From Octopus vulgaris (taxonomy: Eukaryota): a DNA stretch of 64,000 nt. Below, piece by piece: positions 25,370 to 43,530 of this stretch. Both the position numbers and the translations under genes were made by a program. Position 1 is the first letter of the stretch; each line of letters begins with the position of its first letter. The notes under the pieces were generated by a model. The model did no database searches and was not told the origin of the DNA. It saw only the letters and a list, made by a program, of their open reading frames with translations. The stretch lies in assembly GCA_951406725.2 (NCBI GenBank), contig OX597818.1:35960001-36024000 (forward strand), read 5' to 3'.

Positions 25370-26474
25370 TTTTACATGTTTACACTTTTATCGCCTACAA
25401 AGTTTTCTTCATTTGGAGCAATGCATCGATCCGGACGCTTTTTCCACTGTTTAAAGCAGTGCTGGGACACTTGCAAATTGATGCCTTTTAACGCCTCCTT
25501 GTTTTGTTTTTTTTTGTTTTTGTTTTTTTTTCTCCTCTTCCACATCTGCAAATTCCGTAGCACCAGCTTTCATCACCAGTGATGACCTTCGAAAAAGGGT
25601 CTGCATCAACTTCCAGTAGTTCACGACACGCTTTCATTCGTGACAGCTTTTGATCTTCCGTGAGCAAGCGAGGCACAAATTTTGCTGCAACTCTTTTCAA
25701 TCCCAATTCTTTGCTCAAAATTTGCTGGCAGGAGCTCCAGGACACACCAGTCATATCAACAATTTCGTCAATTGTTCGGTGACGATCCTCCAAGAATCAG
25801 TTCATGAATTCTCATGTTTTCATTCGTTCGGGAGGTCGATGGTCACTCTGAACGAGGTTGGTCCTCAAGCGCGAAGTGACCATTCCTATAGCGTGAAAAT
25901 CACTCGTAAACTTTAGTTTTGCTTATTGCAGCATTTTTGTAAGCTGTTTGATAGCAACTGTTTCAGCCGTCGTTTTCCCCAGTAGGAAACAGAATTTCAC
26001 GGAAGCACATCGTTCCTTTGTTTCAGCCATCGCAAAAATCGACGAACAAGGGAGAAACACTGCAAAACAAAGGCGCATCACTTAGCAGTATAAACTCACT
26101 TAAAGGCGGCGAGCTGGCAGAAACGTTAGCACGCCGGGCGAAATGCGTAGCCGCATTTCGTCTGTTGTTACGTTGTGAGTTCAAATTCCGCCGAGGTCGA
26201 CTTTGCTTTTCATTCTTTCAGGGTCGATTAAATAAGTACCAGTTACGCACTGGGGTCGATATAATCGACTTAATAACTATGTCTGTCCTTGTTTGTCCCC
26301 TCTGTGTTTAGCCCCTTGTGGGTAATAAAGAAATAAGTATAAACTCACAGAATAACGCTAGTCAGTAGACTGATGTCTGAAGGTCGCGTTAAGCGACTTC
26401 TAGCGGGGGAAGCTTGAACTACAACGGGCTTGTTCCACAGAGGACGTTTCCAGTTACTTTTGGGTACCCCCTCG
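25370..26474 (-). mobile_element. Internally deleted mariner element
   Basis: TA|CGAGGGGGTACCCAAAAG terminus at 26474; N-terminal VKFCFLLGK near 26000; AKFVPRLLTEDQK and VITGDESWCYG (ORF 25488-25793) jump to the C-terminal CFKQWKKRPDRCI segment. Confidence 0.85.
26100..26335 (+). mobile_element. SINE family A inserted in the mariner 5' region, 13 bp TSD
   Basis: AGTATAAACTCAC at 26087-26099 and 26336-26348. Confidence 0.92.
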
Positions 26475-26853
26475 TATGTTCTTCATTTTATAATATGGTA
26501 GGATATAGTTTAAGAGGTGATTAGCTGCAGTTTCTAATAGACCTAATGTATCAATCACGTAGTGCTTTAACAGAACCAGCGTATACTAAAATGCCGCCCA
26601 ACCGTAACCATCTGTCTTCCACTGTCTTCCAATAAAAATTACATCTGAAAGACCAGCTTTCTTCTTCTGAGCCAGAGAAACATTAACAACCAGTTCTGTA
26701 TATGCCGGACCCATAAACAGGCTCCGTTAGATCTTGTCACCCTATATGAGATCCACATGTTACCCCGCATTTCTCTCCTCTTATAAAGGACCCCTTGACA
26801 CGAAAGCATTCAAATGCACACTTCAAACATTTATCCCACAATCTGCAGTGTCC

Positions 26854-26909
<56 letters not shown>

Positions 26910-27386
26910 ATTTGTACCGCTACTACGAAATCTTCTGCTCCTCACTACTTGTTGGTCTTATAACTTCGTAACATCTTTACTCGCGTACTCTCGACTCATA
27001 TGCATCGCCTCTTCAACTTGTATCACCTCCGTTGTTATCTTTGTTATCTTACTCCAGACTGCGGACTATCCACTGTGCAGAGTTATTTCCGCAAAATATG
27101 ACTCTCATTGAAACTTCTTAATCTAGTCATCGATTTGCAATAATTTAAGCGGAACCTTAAAGGCATCAGTCTCAGAGGGGTCTCAGAAATCCTCCAGAAG
27201 CCGTAGGAGGAACCCCTTCTCTCAGATCTGACTAAAAAGAAACTCACAAAAGTCGTAGGATACCTAGGACTTGAGTAAGATTAGGCTGCTATTTCTAGCG
27301 GGCCCAATTACCTTTCAGAGACTTCTTCGTTTGTTGGCCATGTTTTGCTGCTGTTGCTGTTCTGAGTTCGATTCTCACAGAGATTA

Positions 27387-27557
27387 CTGTATTTTAACGT
27401 GTATAAGGAACTCCCTAATTTTGGGGGCTTGAAATTCTGAAAAGAAAACGTTTTGTAAGAGATTATAATACTATCCATGTATAAGAAACTCCCATATTTT
27501 TAAACCGAATTTTTTATCTAAAAAGGGAGGGGGGTTCTTATACACGTTAAAATACGG
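27387..27557. mobile_element. MITE with pogo/Tc2-like termini inserted in an old family A SINE
   Basis: TA|CTGTATTTTAACGTGTATAAG ... CTTATACACGTTAAAATACGG; the flanks join into a degenerate family A sequence. Confidence 0.75.
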
Positions 27558-27887
27558 TCATTTTGCTTTTCATCCCAGCGTTGTCAATCAAAATATGGTA
27601 CCAGTTAAATTTTGGGGTCCATGGTATCCCCTATAACATCTCCCACCAAAACTGCCAGCCTTGTTCCGAAATCAGAATCAATTTATTTTTGCAACTATTG
27701 TAATATTTTGGTTAAGTTACTGTAGTGTAGGTCATTGAAGTTTCCTTTTATTGATCGATCGATTATTGATTGATTGAGTGACTGATTGATCGACTGACCG
27801 ATCAAACTATCGTTACTGTTTTGTTTTTTCACTTGATAATACTTACATTCGTATATTTATAAGTTTTTATCGCTGTTAATATTTAAT

Positions 27888-30720
<2,833 letters not shown>

Positions 30721-31076
30721 AATATCATTGGCACCTTGCCAACGAGGGAACCACTAATTTTGTAGGTAGTCACTCGACTGGCTAGAAATAGCAGTTAACT
30801 CTTCAACGTACGGTCTCATCTTTAACAAAAAAAAAAACAACAGAAACAATATAATAACGAAGAGAAAAATAAAAAGAGGAAAACGAAAAATATAGAAAAG
30901 AAAAAGTGAAGAGCAAGTTGAATAATGCTGTCCCAGATATACTATGGCTGAAACATCGACAGGATGGTCACATTTGAGACGTCTTTCATTAAAAGGTCTG
31001 CTAGATAGGAATTGTTCTGTGATTTAACAACAAACAAATACAGCAATAACATCGCTTTATTTGCAACCACAACCAA

Positions 31077-31149
<73 letters not shown>

Positions 31150-31218
31150 CAGACAGACAGACAGACAGACAGAAAGATACAAATATACATAAATGCACGC
31201 ACACACACACACACACAC

Positions 31219-31271
<53 letters not shown>

Positions 31272-31403
31272 ATATATACATACATATATGTGTACATATA
31301 TTCTCATTCATACTTCAATATATATGTACACATATGATATATATTTGCATATGTACATACATACACACACACGCACACACATACATACAAACACATACAT
31401 ATA

Positions 31404-32687
31404 GAGGCTGCGATGGATAAATTGTCCCCATATTGTATTTTTAATTTCGCGTATGCAAATTGTTTTTGGTTTTGTCGACTACACAGTATAGTAGGGTCAG
31501 TTGTGCATTGTATGTGAGAAGAACAGCACCATGGCGCAATTCACTCTGTCCGAAATTTGGAAACAACTTGCTGTACTGCTTGGCACTGGAAGCTCCAATA
31601 CGAACATTTCAGAGTATTTGGGTGTCTATCTGAGGTCAGTGCAGCAGATTCGGAAAGAGTTAGCTGAGTCTAATGGTGATTACGAAGGTACTGCAGCTCG
31701 GAAAACTCACTCTGATTGTTCTGATAAGAAAAGTACTCTTGAATTTGTTAGTGAGATCCAGGCCATGATTGACAATGATCCCTCCAAGTCAATCAAGTCC
31801 ATCTCCAGGGACGTGGGAGCGTCTGAGTTTCTTATGAGGCAGGTAATGCATGAAGACATTCGGTATTCCTCATACAAGATGAGAAAGGGCCAATTTTTAT
31901 CCCAAGCTCTCAAGGACAAGAGGAAAGACCGCGCTACAAAGCTTTTCAACAAACTTAAGCATCCCCTCCAATCGTATATGCTTTGGTTTTTCTCAGACGA
32001 GAAAATTTTCTGCCAAGATCAGGTGGTGAACACACAGAACAACCGTTGGCTTGCCTTGTTCCCAAAACATGTACCGAAAGTGATAACAATCAAACATCCA
32101 GTCAACACCATGGTGTTTGGAGTGAACACTAATGATGGCGACGTTATGCCTCCATTCATCTTTCTACATAGCCTCAGACTCAACACGGAGACCTACATCA
32201 AGTGCCTGGAGGAGGTAGTGCTGCCTGGGTCAAGAGGGTGATTGTTGGAAGACCCTATGTCTGGTAAGAGGACTCAGCACCATGCTACACAAGCAGGGGA
32301 ACCCAATCATTGCTGTCAGACAATTTCTGAGACCATAGCACCTCTAACATCTGGCCATCTAACTCCCCAGACTGCAACCCTCTTCATTATTATGTGTGGG
32401 GAGCGTGGGACCAACAAAACTCATTGTAACACCAAAGATGAACTGAAGGCAAGGATAATGGCAGCATTCACCAACTTAAACAAAGAGACCGTCCAGAAGA
32501 GTTGCAGGAGATTCCGGAGTCGTGTGGAGGCCCTGGTTGAAGCCAATGGCGATTTTATTGAATAAATTTACTCTTTCGTATTTTAAGATATTTTTGTGTA
32601 ATTTTGGTAAATATATCTGTTAAAATGAGATGCCAGTGTTATTTTCATTTTTGCGTTAATTTAGACGACAATTTATTCACCGCACTG
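31404..32687 (+). mobile_element. DD37D (maT-type) Tc1/mariner element
   Basis: Imperfect TIRs TGCGATGGATAAATTGTC / GACAATTTATTCACCGCA flank a transposase remnant. Confidence 0.8.
31531..32565 (+). pseudogene. DD37D transposase, disrupted
   Basis: WFFSDEKIF and MVFGV in ORF 31501-32241. An alternate frame reads W*EDSAPCYTS...WPSNSPDCNPLHYYVW, with 37 aa between the second D and the third catalytic position (now H). C-terminus is EANGDFIE*. Confidence 0.85.
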
Positions 32688-32944
32688 TGTGTGTGTATGT
32701 GTGGCTGTGTTTGTGTGTGCGTGTGTGTCTGTGTGTATACAGAGAGAGGGGGGAGAGAGAGAGATATGGATACACATTACACCTACGTGAACACACACAC
32801 ACACACACACAACACACACATACACACAAACGCAGCCATACACACGACCGCAGTACTATCCCCAGTATCACCATACTCATCGCCATGAGAATTATTCTTA
32901 TCAGCATTGCACCCTATCGACGTCACTCCATAAGAAACGGATGA

Positions 32945-34180
32945 TGAACGGGCCAAAAGGTATTTCTACCATGACCTGCTAGAAATAGCAGTTGAGTCTC
33001 ATATTTCACATCCTACATTCTTAAGAAAGCACACTTTCGATCTTATGTTCTGCGTGCATTGTGCAGGGAATACGTACTGGATGGTCATAATCGGATTGCT
33101 TTGTTCATAAGCATGCTCGATCGTAGCTCGCCTTACATCTAAACAACATGAATAACACCCAAATTTTGAACCAACGAGTAAGCCACTACGTGGTTACTGC
33201 GCTTTGCTAGATATAATAGCTAAATGTCCATCAATCCAAACCTACTGATATGTGTGTTTGTGTGTCTGTGTGTGTGTTTGTGTGTGTGTGTATGCATATG
33301 CAAATGTGTGTGTGTATAAGTATATGAACACATGCACACACGCACATACATATACATACATGATATTGGATACTGTTGGTCTACATAAACTATATATGAT
33401 TTAAAGTTGGGATGGTCTTGGATGGAGTACCTCTGATCATAAGTCTGCCAGATCGGAACTGACCTGTAGCTACCTAGCAACCGCAACGCCAACGTTATCC
33501 CCCATCAACATCCACCATCTACGTTATAATCACGAGACAAGAGAAGACCTTTACATAGTCGTTCGGCCAGCTAGAAATAGCAGCCAAATCTTACTCTCTA
33601 CTAGCACTCTCTCTTTACTCTCTTTTACTCTTTTACTTGTTTCAGTCATTTGACTGCGGCCATGCTGGAGCACCGCCTTTTAGTCGAGCAAATCGACCCC
33701 GGGACTTATTTTTTGTAAGCCCAGTACTTATTCTATCGGTCTCTTTTGCCGAACCGCTAAGTGACGGGGACGTAAACACACCAGCATCGGCTGTCAAGCA
33801 ATGCTAGGGAGACAAACACAGACACACAAACACTTACACACGCATACATATATATATATATACATATATACGACAGGCTTCTTTCAGTTTCCGTCTACCA
33901 AATCCACTCGCAATGCATTGGTCGGCCCGGGGCTATAGCAGAAGACACTTGCCCAAGATGCCACGCAGTGAGACTGAACCCGGAACCATGTGGTTGGTTA
34001 GCAAGCTACTTACCACACAGCCACTCCTGCGCTCTATCACTTTTACCCCCAAATCTCGACTTCAGAAGGGGATACGCTCTTTGCTTTACAGCACATAGGG
34101 GTAAAACAACAGACGACCACGTTCGGAATAGCTTTGGTTATATATCATCCCGTTCAGGACTGACTCGGGGTAAAAACATC
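32945..34180 (+). mobile_element. Three family C copies, the last interrupted by a family B SINE
   Basis: CTAGAAATAGCAG-type modules near 32978, 33207 and 33571; the 3' modules resume after 34033. Confidence 0.6.
33612..34032 (-). mobile_element. SINE family B, full length
   Basis: Reverse complement of the family B sequence, head to tail. Confidence 0.9.
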
Positions 34181-34776
34181 ACACCCCCATCACCGGCACC
34201 TTAATTGCAACCGGTCTCATCACCACTACAACTACTATCACCATTACCGACATTAAACTGTCTACAATCCTCACACCATCACCGACACCATACTTTTAAA
34301 AGAAAAATCTCCATCCTCAACAGTCAGCCTCACCACACCTTTTTAAGTGCATCCTCTGTCAGCTGATCGCTTCTCTCTGTCTCTTACTTTCGCTTTCTTC
34401 TACTCTCTCTCTCTCTCTCTCTCTCTCGATGTCCCTCTTGTCAATACTGACACACCCACACTACAGCTGTTCCTTGTGCATCACCAACCACGACACCACT
34501 GTCATCACTGTCATCACTACATCGCACACCAGCAACGAAGCTGTCGACTACCGGAGCACGCGCTTAACTGAACCAGCATCCTCCAAAACTCACCTTTCAA
34601 TTGCAAGCCCCCCCACACACACACACACGCACACACACGTACACGCACTCATAGGTACACATACACACACATACGCAAACTCATACCTATATGCGATCCA
34701 GAAGATTCACCCACATACGCACACAATCGTACTTACGAAATGCGTTCATTGAACGCAAGAGATGCCGTCGCTATAT

Positions 34777-34821
<45 letters not shown>

Positions 34822-35123
34822 GTGTGTGTGTGTCGCGATGCGTATTGTTTTGTGCCTGATACAGAATGCACATACACACGATATACATACAAGTAATATA
34901 TATATATGAGTATTCATGCGCGCGCATATACACACACACGTCCAAACGTCCACTTGTATATACATGCATATATACATGTGTGTGTATGTATGTATATATA
35001 TATATGTGCATAAATCTATCTATACAGAAGTATCATATACAGATATGAGTGTGTGTGCGTATATATATGTGTGTGTATACATTTATGTATACACACACAT
35101 ATATATATACATGTACATTTGTT

Positions 35124-35178
<55 letters not shown>

Positions 35179-35241
35179 GGAGCTTCTACAGGACTAGTAC
35201 TGTTTCATTCAAGAGAATCAACCCCGAATCAACCCGGGACC

Positions 35242-35304
<63 letters not shown>

Positions 35305-35456
35305 GCATATGTATACGCATAAATACATACACACATGCATGCATTCACATACACACATATACATATGTCTATATGTGTGTATGTGTGTGTTTATATATAT
35401 ATATGTATGTATGTTTGAATGTATGTATCTATCTATATATATATATAAATATATAT

Positions 35457-35499
<43 letters not shown>

Positions 35500-35513
35500 C
35501 ATACATACATACA

Positions 35514-35547
<34 letters not shown>

Positions 35548-35548
35548 C

Positions 35549-35617
<69 letters not shown>

Positions 35618-35771
35618 TGGGTGTTAGGCATGCCTATTGCATGAGATGTTTTTGAAATGAAATATTACTTGTGCATCTGCATATATTCCAGTGTGTACAG
35701 TCGTATGATTGTGTGTGTGTGTATAGCAACAACACTACATGTGTAAATAAATATACACACCACGGAGCAGA

Positions 35772-35821
<50 letters not shown>

Positions 35822-35976
35822 CGCATACTTTGGTACATACAGAAACATTTACAACCCCACCATACACACACATACGCACATTATCTCTTTTTTCTTAGTT
35901 TCAGTGCAATGGCTACGGCCATGATGGAGCATCGCCGTTTGCTCTGCTGCACCTTCACTAAACCTTTCACTAAATA

Positions 35977-36096
<120 letters not shown>

Positions 36097-36147
36097 CCTC
36101 GCTCAGAGGTTGAATATATATATATGTGTATGTGTGTGCGTATGTGT

Positions 36148-36187
<40 letters not shown>

Positions 36188-36648
36188 TTATATATACATA
36201 CATATGTAAAAATGTACATGTATGTATATAGATATATTTGAATAATTTTTTTTTTGTATATATATACATATACACACATATATATATATACACACTCACG
36301 TATACACATATATAGATATACATACATACGCACACGCACATATACATATACATATACATACATACATACATACATATATATATATACACACACACGCACA
36401 CACACACACATATATATATATACAGAAACTCGCGTACATATCTATGTGTGTATATGCATACATACATACATACGTATGTTTACATTCTGCGCAAAATTCA
36501 AACGCACGCATATGCAGATATTCACGCACACACACACATATATACATATACATATATATACATATGTATACACCGGTATCAGATCACGCGTCCACTCACA
36601 TTTAGAAAAAGCCGTGCGTTCACAGGACTCACATGATCTTAGCAGTTA

Positions 36649-36700
<52 letters not shown>

Positions 36701-36896
36701 TTCCTATCCCCTTCTCTTTTTGGTCCCTCTCTCTTTCTCTCTCTCTCCATCTCTTTCCCTCTCACTGACACTCTGTCTTTCTTTTTCTGATTCAGTCTTA
36801 TATAATCTCGTTTTCTCCTGCTTTACACTCTGCTCTGTCGATTCTCTAATGATTTCAGATCTATCTATATGATGATCTATCAATATCTATTTCATG

Positions 36897-36943
<47 letters not shown>

Positions 36944-37067
36944 ATATATATATATATATATAAGACATATACATATATATGTGTGTATGTGTATATATAT
37001 ATATATGAATATATATATATGAATATATATATAAATATGTATGTGTATATATTTATATATATATATG

Positions 37068-37124
<57 letters not shown>

Positions 37125-37189
37125 GTATATATATACACACACTTTATATATATATATATACATATATGTATAGACATATACATATATCC

Positions 37190-37357
37190 CTCTGTCGTCC
37201 CACCTCGGGATCTTTCTTTCTCTTATGTTTCCGACGAAGAGCTCCGCTCGAAACGTCATACCCTCCTTCTTCCCGTTTTTCCTGAGCGCCTAATAATACT
37301 TTAATTGTTCCACCTTTTGCGTTGTTGTCTTTTTTGTTTTTCTTGTTTGGATTAACT
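37190..37357 (+). mobile_element. Family D1 repeat with hammerhead motif
   Basis: CCGACGA-A-GAGC(TCC)GCTC-GAAA-CG-TC at 37231-37257. Confidence 0.65.
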
Positions 37358-37611
37358 TTATATACATATATATATGTATATATACATATATATATTTATA
37401 TACTCACACATATACATATATATAACATACAAATATATGTTCATATATTTGTATGTTAGGAGGCTGTGTTTTCTAAAATGGAGTCGAATACCTTTCTCTA
37501 TGTGATCGGCTTGAGAATTTGTTAAGACACTAGGATATTTCCCTACTTTTCTTAACATGAAACCACAAATAGGAGATAATATCCACCATGCGGTGTTGAG
37601 CCCTCACTTTC

Positions 37612-37754
<143 letters not shown>

Positions 37755-37789
37755 TATATGTGTATATATATATATATATATATACATAT

Positions 37790-37822
<33 letters not shown>

Positions 37823-37879
37823 TACATATGAACATATATATATATATATGTGTGTGTTTATATATATGTCGCCATGATA

Positions 37880-38065
37880 GATCGTTAGCCATTACACACA
37901 TTTTTTCTCTCGTTGTTTCTCTCCTTTTTTCTTTGTCCCTTTCTGTAGAAGAGCGTAGGCTCGAAACGTAAATGACTTTTTCTATTCCTGAGCGTTATAC
38001 TAATACATCTGTTTGTTTTGTACACCACCTGTCTTCGTCTTTTGTTTTCTCGTAAACTCTTCCTA
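37880..38065 (+). mobile_element. Family D2 repeat with variant hammerhead motif
   Basis: CTTT-CTGTAGA-A-GAGC(GTAG)GCTC-GAAA-CG-TA-AATGAC; near-identical to 44217-44395. Confidence 0.7.
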
Positions 38066-38779
38066 TATTTATATGTATATACTTGTATGTGTATAAGCAA
38101 GTTGGTATATAAATATATACATACACGATCGTACAATCCTAATGGATAGATTGATAGATAATTTTCTGTATTTGTGTGTGGTGTGTGTGTATGTACGTGT
38201 GTGTGTGTGTATGTTTGTGTGTCTCTGTCTGTCTGCCTGTCAATCCATAGGGATGGCCATATTTGGAATATTAAAACAGCAGTTAATTAGGCTGTGTTGT
38301 GCCTTCATCAGCGGCGAGATTAAAAGCTAACGTTAGTAAACCTATCAGTTTTATGGCAACCGTTCAAAAGAAAAATTATTCACTGAGTGATGCATTGATC
38401 AGGGACTTCCAGAAATCGTTTACAATTTTTTTAAACTTTTTTTTGTCGGGGATGTTCCACTGGCGAAGTATTTTGATGAGGCTTAAATAACCGAAAAACA
38501 CGCTATAAATTAGCTTGGAATCGACTAATACGATCATAAAAGTTATAGAAATCTCACAATATCAGAAAAATATGTTGTATTTTCGATTAAAGCATTTTTA
38601 TCAGCGAACACAATAAATCTGAAATATTCACTTTCTGTTTATCAGTATAAAATTGAATATAACTAACTACAACGAATGGAAACTTCAATATTGATAATTG
38701 AAAGGGGGTGAAATCAAGGATAATTGTGTTTTTCAAGAGTGACAATCTACTAAATTCCAACCCGCTTGGCTCTCCCTGT

Positions 38780-38950
38780 GGCTCTCTTTCCTCTCCCTTT
38801 TTATTTCTGTGTTTCTTTCTGTCGAAGAGCGTAGGCTAGAAACGTAAAAGTCCTTCTCACTGCTCGAGCGTTAGACTATTACATCTGTTTGTTGTTTACA
38901 TACCCGTCTTCGTCTTTTGTTTTTTTTTTTTTTTTTGTAAATTCTCACTA
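38780..38950 (+). mobile_element. Family D2 repeat with variant hammerhead motif
   Basis: CTTT-CTGTCGA-A-GAGC(GTAG)GCTA-GAAA-CG-TA-AAAG. Confidence 0.65.
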
Positions 38951-39313
38951 TATATAAGAAATTAAAAAAGGAAAATACCCACACTTACATAGTTTTAATA
39001 TGATTTTTAATATATCGACCGGTTTCGCTATCGCTATTCATGATATGTTTTACTTATTTGAATATGAATTTTTTCTTAAGAAGAAATTTTGTCCATGTTG
39101 TGTGTGATGTGATGAAATTCACGAGTGAATGACTTAACAAGTAGATAAAAAAGGGGAGGTAATTGGTTATCGTTATTATTTTTATTGTTGTGGGTAAGGG
39201 AAATAACTGTTCAGCTTTCGGTAATAGGAGGGGAATATATATGTACAAAGACAAGTTTCGAAAACCTTGTTTAGTGAGGGGATTTATGTACAGTGATGTA
39301 ATCGTGAATTGAA

Positions 39314-39379
<66 letters not shown>

Positions 39380-39710
39380 CAGGAACGCGGCTTAGTGGTT
39401 AGGGTTAGGGTGTTGGACTCATTATCGTAAGGCTGTGGCTTCGTTTCTTGTACCAGGCAATGCGTTTTGTTCTTGAGCAAGATATTTAGTTCACGTTCCT
39501 CTAGTTCACTCAGCTGTAGAAATCGGTTGTGACGTCACAGGTGCCAAGCTGTATCGGCCTTTGCCTTTCCCTTGCTTAACACTGGTGGCGTGGAGAGGGG
39601 TGATTGGTATGTATGGAAGACTACTGGCCTACCATAAACAACTTGTGCCTTGGAGGGTAACTTTCTAGGTGCAATCCCATGGTCAGTCATGATGACGGAA
39701 GGGAGTTTCA
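39380..39710 (+). mobile_element. tRNA-derived SINE with a family E-like head and a different 3' body
   Basis: CGGCTTAGTGGTTAGGG head; GTTCTTGAGCAAGATATTT...CACTCAGCTG domain. Confidence 0.65.
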
Positions 39711-39734
39711 GCATATATATATATATATATATAT

Positions 39735-40559
<825 letters not shown>

Positions 40560-40742
40560 TCTTTGACTTGTTTCAGTCATTTGAGTGTTGCCATGCTGGA
40601 GCAGCACCCTTAGCCAAGCAAATCGACACCAGGATTTATTCTTTGTAAGCCTAGTACTTATTCTATCTGTCGCTTAGTCCAAACCGCTAAGTTACGGGGA
40701 CGTTAACACGCCAGCATTGGTTGTGAAGCGATGTTGGGGGGA

Positions 40743-40795
<53 letters not shown>

Positions 40796-40895
40796 GCGAC
40801 GGGCTTCTTTCAGTTTCCGTGTATCAAATTCACTCTGAAGCCTTTGGCTACAGTAGAATACACTTGTCCAATGTGCCACCCAATGGGACTGAACC
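40560..40895 (-). mobile_element. SINE family B, 5'-truncated
   Basis: Antisense to the family B sequence. Confidence 0.8.
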
Positions 40896-41127
40896 CTTCA
40901 ATTTGGATTTCAATTTGCATTCGTAGTCACCCTTGTTGCTAACCGTGAACTATAATTAAAACTTCTTTCAACTTATCGAACTTCGATGTGGCAAAGACCT
41001 GTAACCTTCTACGTCAACCAACTATTACTGTTCCTAAAAGCTGTTTATTATACTCTCAACGGTATGCTCGAAGCGTACTAACTTCCTACACCTTGATCCT
41101 TGCATCTTACAATTACATATCGTTTTA

Positions 41128-41686
41128 CATACCTATTATAAAAAATCCGTTCTGTCTGTGTGTGTATGTCTTCTAGGATCTCGGGCATCCTCCATCCGAT
41201 TGCGCTCAAATTTAATATGTAGATACCGATGGTATCAGGGCGTGTATAAGTCTTGAAAAAATTGCAAAAATCGATTCCAGGTGAGAATGCGATGAATAAA
41301 GCCGTGGGAACATGCATTCGTACGCGGAAGTACATCAGCTGTTGCGATCGATACTACGTGTACGCGAGAAAAATGCACGTGCAGTTTGCGGAAAAAAGCC
41401 GGCTGGCTTGAAATAATGCCACAAAATGCAGTATATTTAAGAGACCAAAAAAGTAAGATACAAAAGAGATATTTTCTTCAAACTTGGCATGAAGGAAGGA
41501 AAGACTATTTGGTTTCTCAAGAAGTTATTATTTTTTTTTTGCCTTAACTTCGTTTAACAAAAACAAAAATTTTATTGAAATAAAGGCATGCTTAATTATT
41601 TTTTTAATGAAAAGAAAACACTGATTGCTTTTTATTCAGCAGATATGATTCAGCACCGTCCATTACACGGGGGGCGTTTTGCTCTT
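41128..41686 (+). mobile_element. Non-autonomous Helitron-like element
   Basis: 5' TATTATAAAAAATCCGTTCTGTCTG...CCGATTGCGCTCAAATTT; 3' CCGT..ACGG hairpin remnant. No clean CTAG end. Confidence 0.45.
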
Positions 41687-41832
41687 ATATATATTGGCCT
41701 GCTCGCTTAGCCAGCGGGGTGGCGTCATCTGAAGGCTAAAACAATGCGAAGCGCATCGTGACCAGCGATGTGTCGTAACATCTGATAGCCTGGTCAGTCA
41801 CGGTAATCACGGTAATTAGAGAGACTTAGTAA

Positions 41833-41887
<55 letters not shown>

Positions 41888-42598
41888 ATATATGTGTGTC
41901 TGTGTGTCTGTGTGTGTGCGCGCGCATGTGCATGTATGTGTATAAATGCACATCGACATTCGTCACATACATGCAAACAGAAATACTAAACATCCCATTA
42001 TATTACGTAACGAATGGGGTTTCGTGTGTGTGCGCATGCGTAACGCATGGTACGGATGCGTGCCTATCTTTGTGCCTACGCGTGTATGCGAGTTTGTATG
42101 AATGTGTGAGATTTTATACCTAAATGCAATACAATAAGTAAGCATCCTCTAAAAGTCTGTCCGTATTTTCCGGTTTCATGTCATTTAATTAATTATAGGA
42201 GAATCTCCCTTCCTTCCTTCCTTGTGTAGGAAAAACCTATCCATAGCAGGTGACTTTCACAGACGGTTTTAGATTTATCTGTCAGCTTCTTGAACTCAGG
42301 AAACAAAGAGGGTCGCCTGCAGTAAATTTGATCCAGGAACATGTGAGCTTCTAGCCACAAGGTGCAATTAAACATATGTTCGTGGCATTGTCAAAGTAAG
42401 CGTCTGCTTTGAAGTGAATGTGAGTGTGTGTGCTTCTATCTGTGAGAGAGAGAGAGTAAGAGAGAGAGTGTGTGTGTGTGTTTGTGTGCGTGTGTGTGCA
42501 TGTTTGTATATAGATACATAGGTTGGTATGTATCTATCTCTCTAGCACCCTCTATCTCTCTCTTTCTCAGTCAATTTAATCTGTCTATATGTCTGTAG

Positions 42599-42633
<35 letters not shown>

Positions 42634-42680
42634 GATCGATCGATCTATCTATCTATCTGTCTATCTATCTATCTAACTAC

Positions 42681-42729
<49 letters not shown>

Positions 42730-42746
42730 CATCTATCTATCCATCC

Positions 42747-42842
<96 letters not shown>

Positions 42843-42843
<1 letters not shown>

Positions 42844-43430
42844 AACACTTTCCTCTCTGGTCAATCTCTCATCAACTTCTTCAAGTACCACTTGTAAAGG
42901 AAAGTGAGAGTAGAGAGGCAAGTTTTGTCTAGCGAACGTTTTAAAAAAAGACGGGTGAATGTAGCAAGGATGGCACGTATGAATGACGAAGCCACCTTGA
43001 GCATAATCCTATGAACCCAGAAATTGAAAACAGAGGGTTACCCACTTGCAAACAAATGTGGTAACATATAACAATAATGACCGAGGTTACCGTGGTCTTT
43101 TTCGTAGGCTTTTCTTCCCACGAATAAACCTTATCTGCTTCCCCCTTTACACCGTACATCATGACACTGTGATACACGATCCCTAATGATCGTTTGTTTT
43201 TTTTTCCTCTCCCCCTTTTTCCTCTTTTTTCCTTTTTCTTTTCTTTTGTTTTTTTTTTTTCGTTTGTTTTTCTTTTTTCCCTTTTACGATCTCTTTTGAT
43301 CGAAAACCTACGCCACATTTTTTTGTTTCTTTTGTTTTTTTGATTTTGTTTTTTCATCCCCGAAAAGAAAAGCTCTACCTTGTAACTTGTCCCATCTGTG
43401 TGCAGCCCTGTGTGGCCAATAAAGAAACTT
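42843..43430 (+). mobile_element. 5'-truncated non-LTR retrotransposon (Tx1/L1-like ORF2 C-terminus plus 3' UTR) inside an (ATCT)n array
   Basis: Reads [55 protein letters not shown] (to 43014), then a T-rich UTR and AATAAAGAAACTT followed by (ATCT)n. The clade assignment is inference. Confidence 0.6.
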
Positions 43431-43530
43431 ATCTATCTATCTATCTAGTGCAAGAGAGTCCTTACAGAACTTGTGTATGTAATTATTGATTGATTTTATA
43501 ATTGTTGTGAATATATATATATATATATAT

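Noticed and set aside
26590-27110. Possible LINE or host exon remnant
   Set aside because: I could not read a recognisable motif; it needs a translated search.
38248-38779. Possible hAT-like element with TAGGGATGGCCA / TGGCTCTCCCTG ends
   Set aside because: The TIR match is weak and no 8 bp TSD is present.
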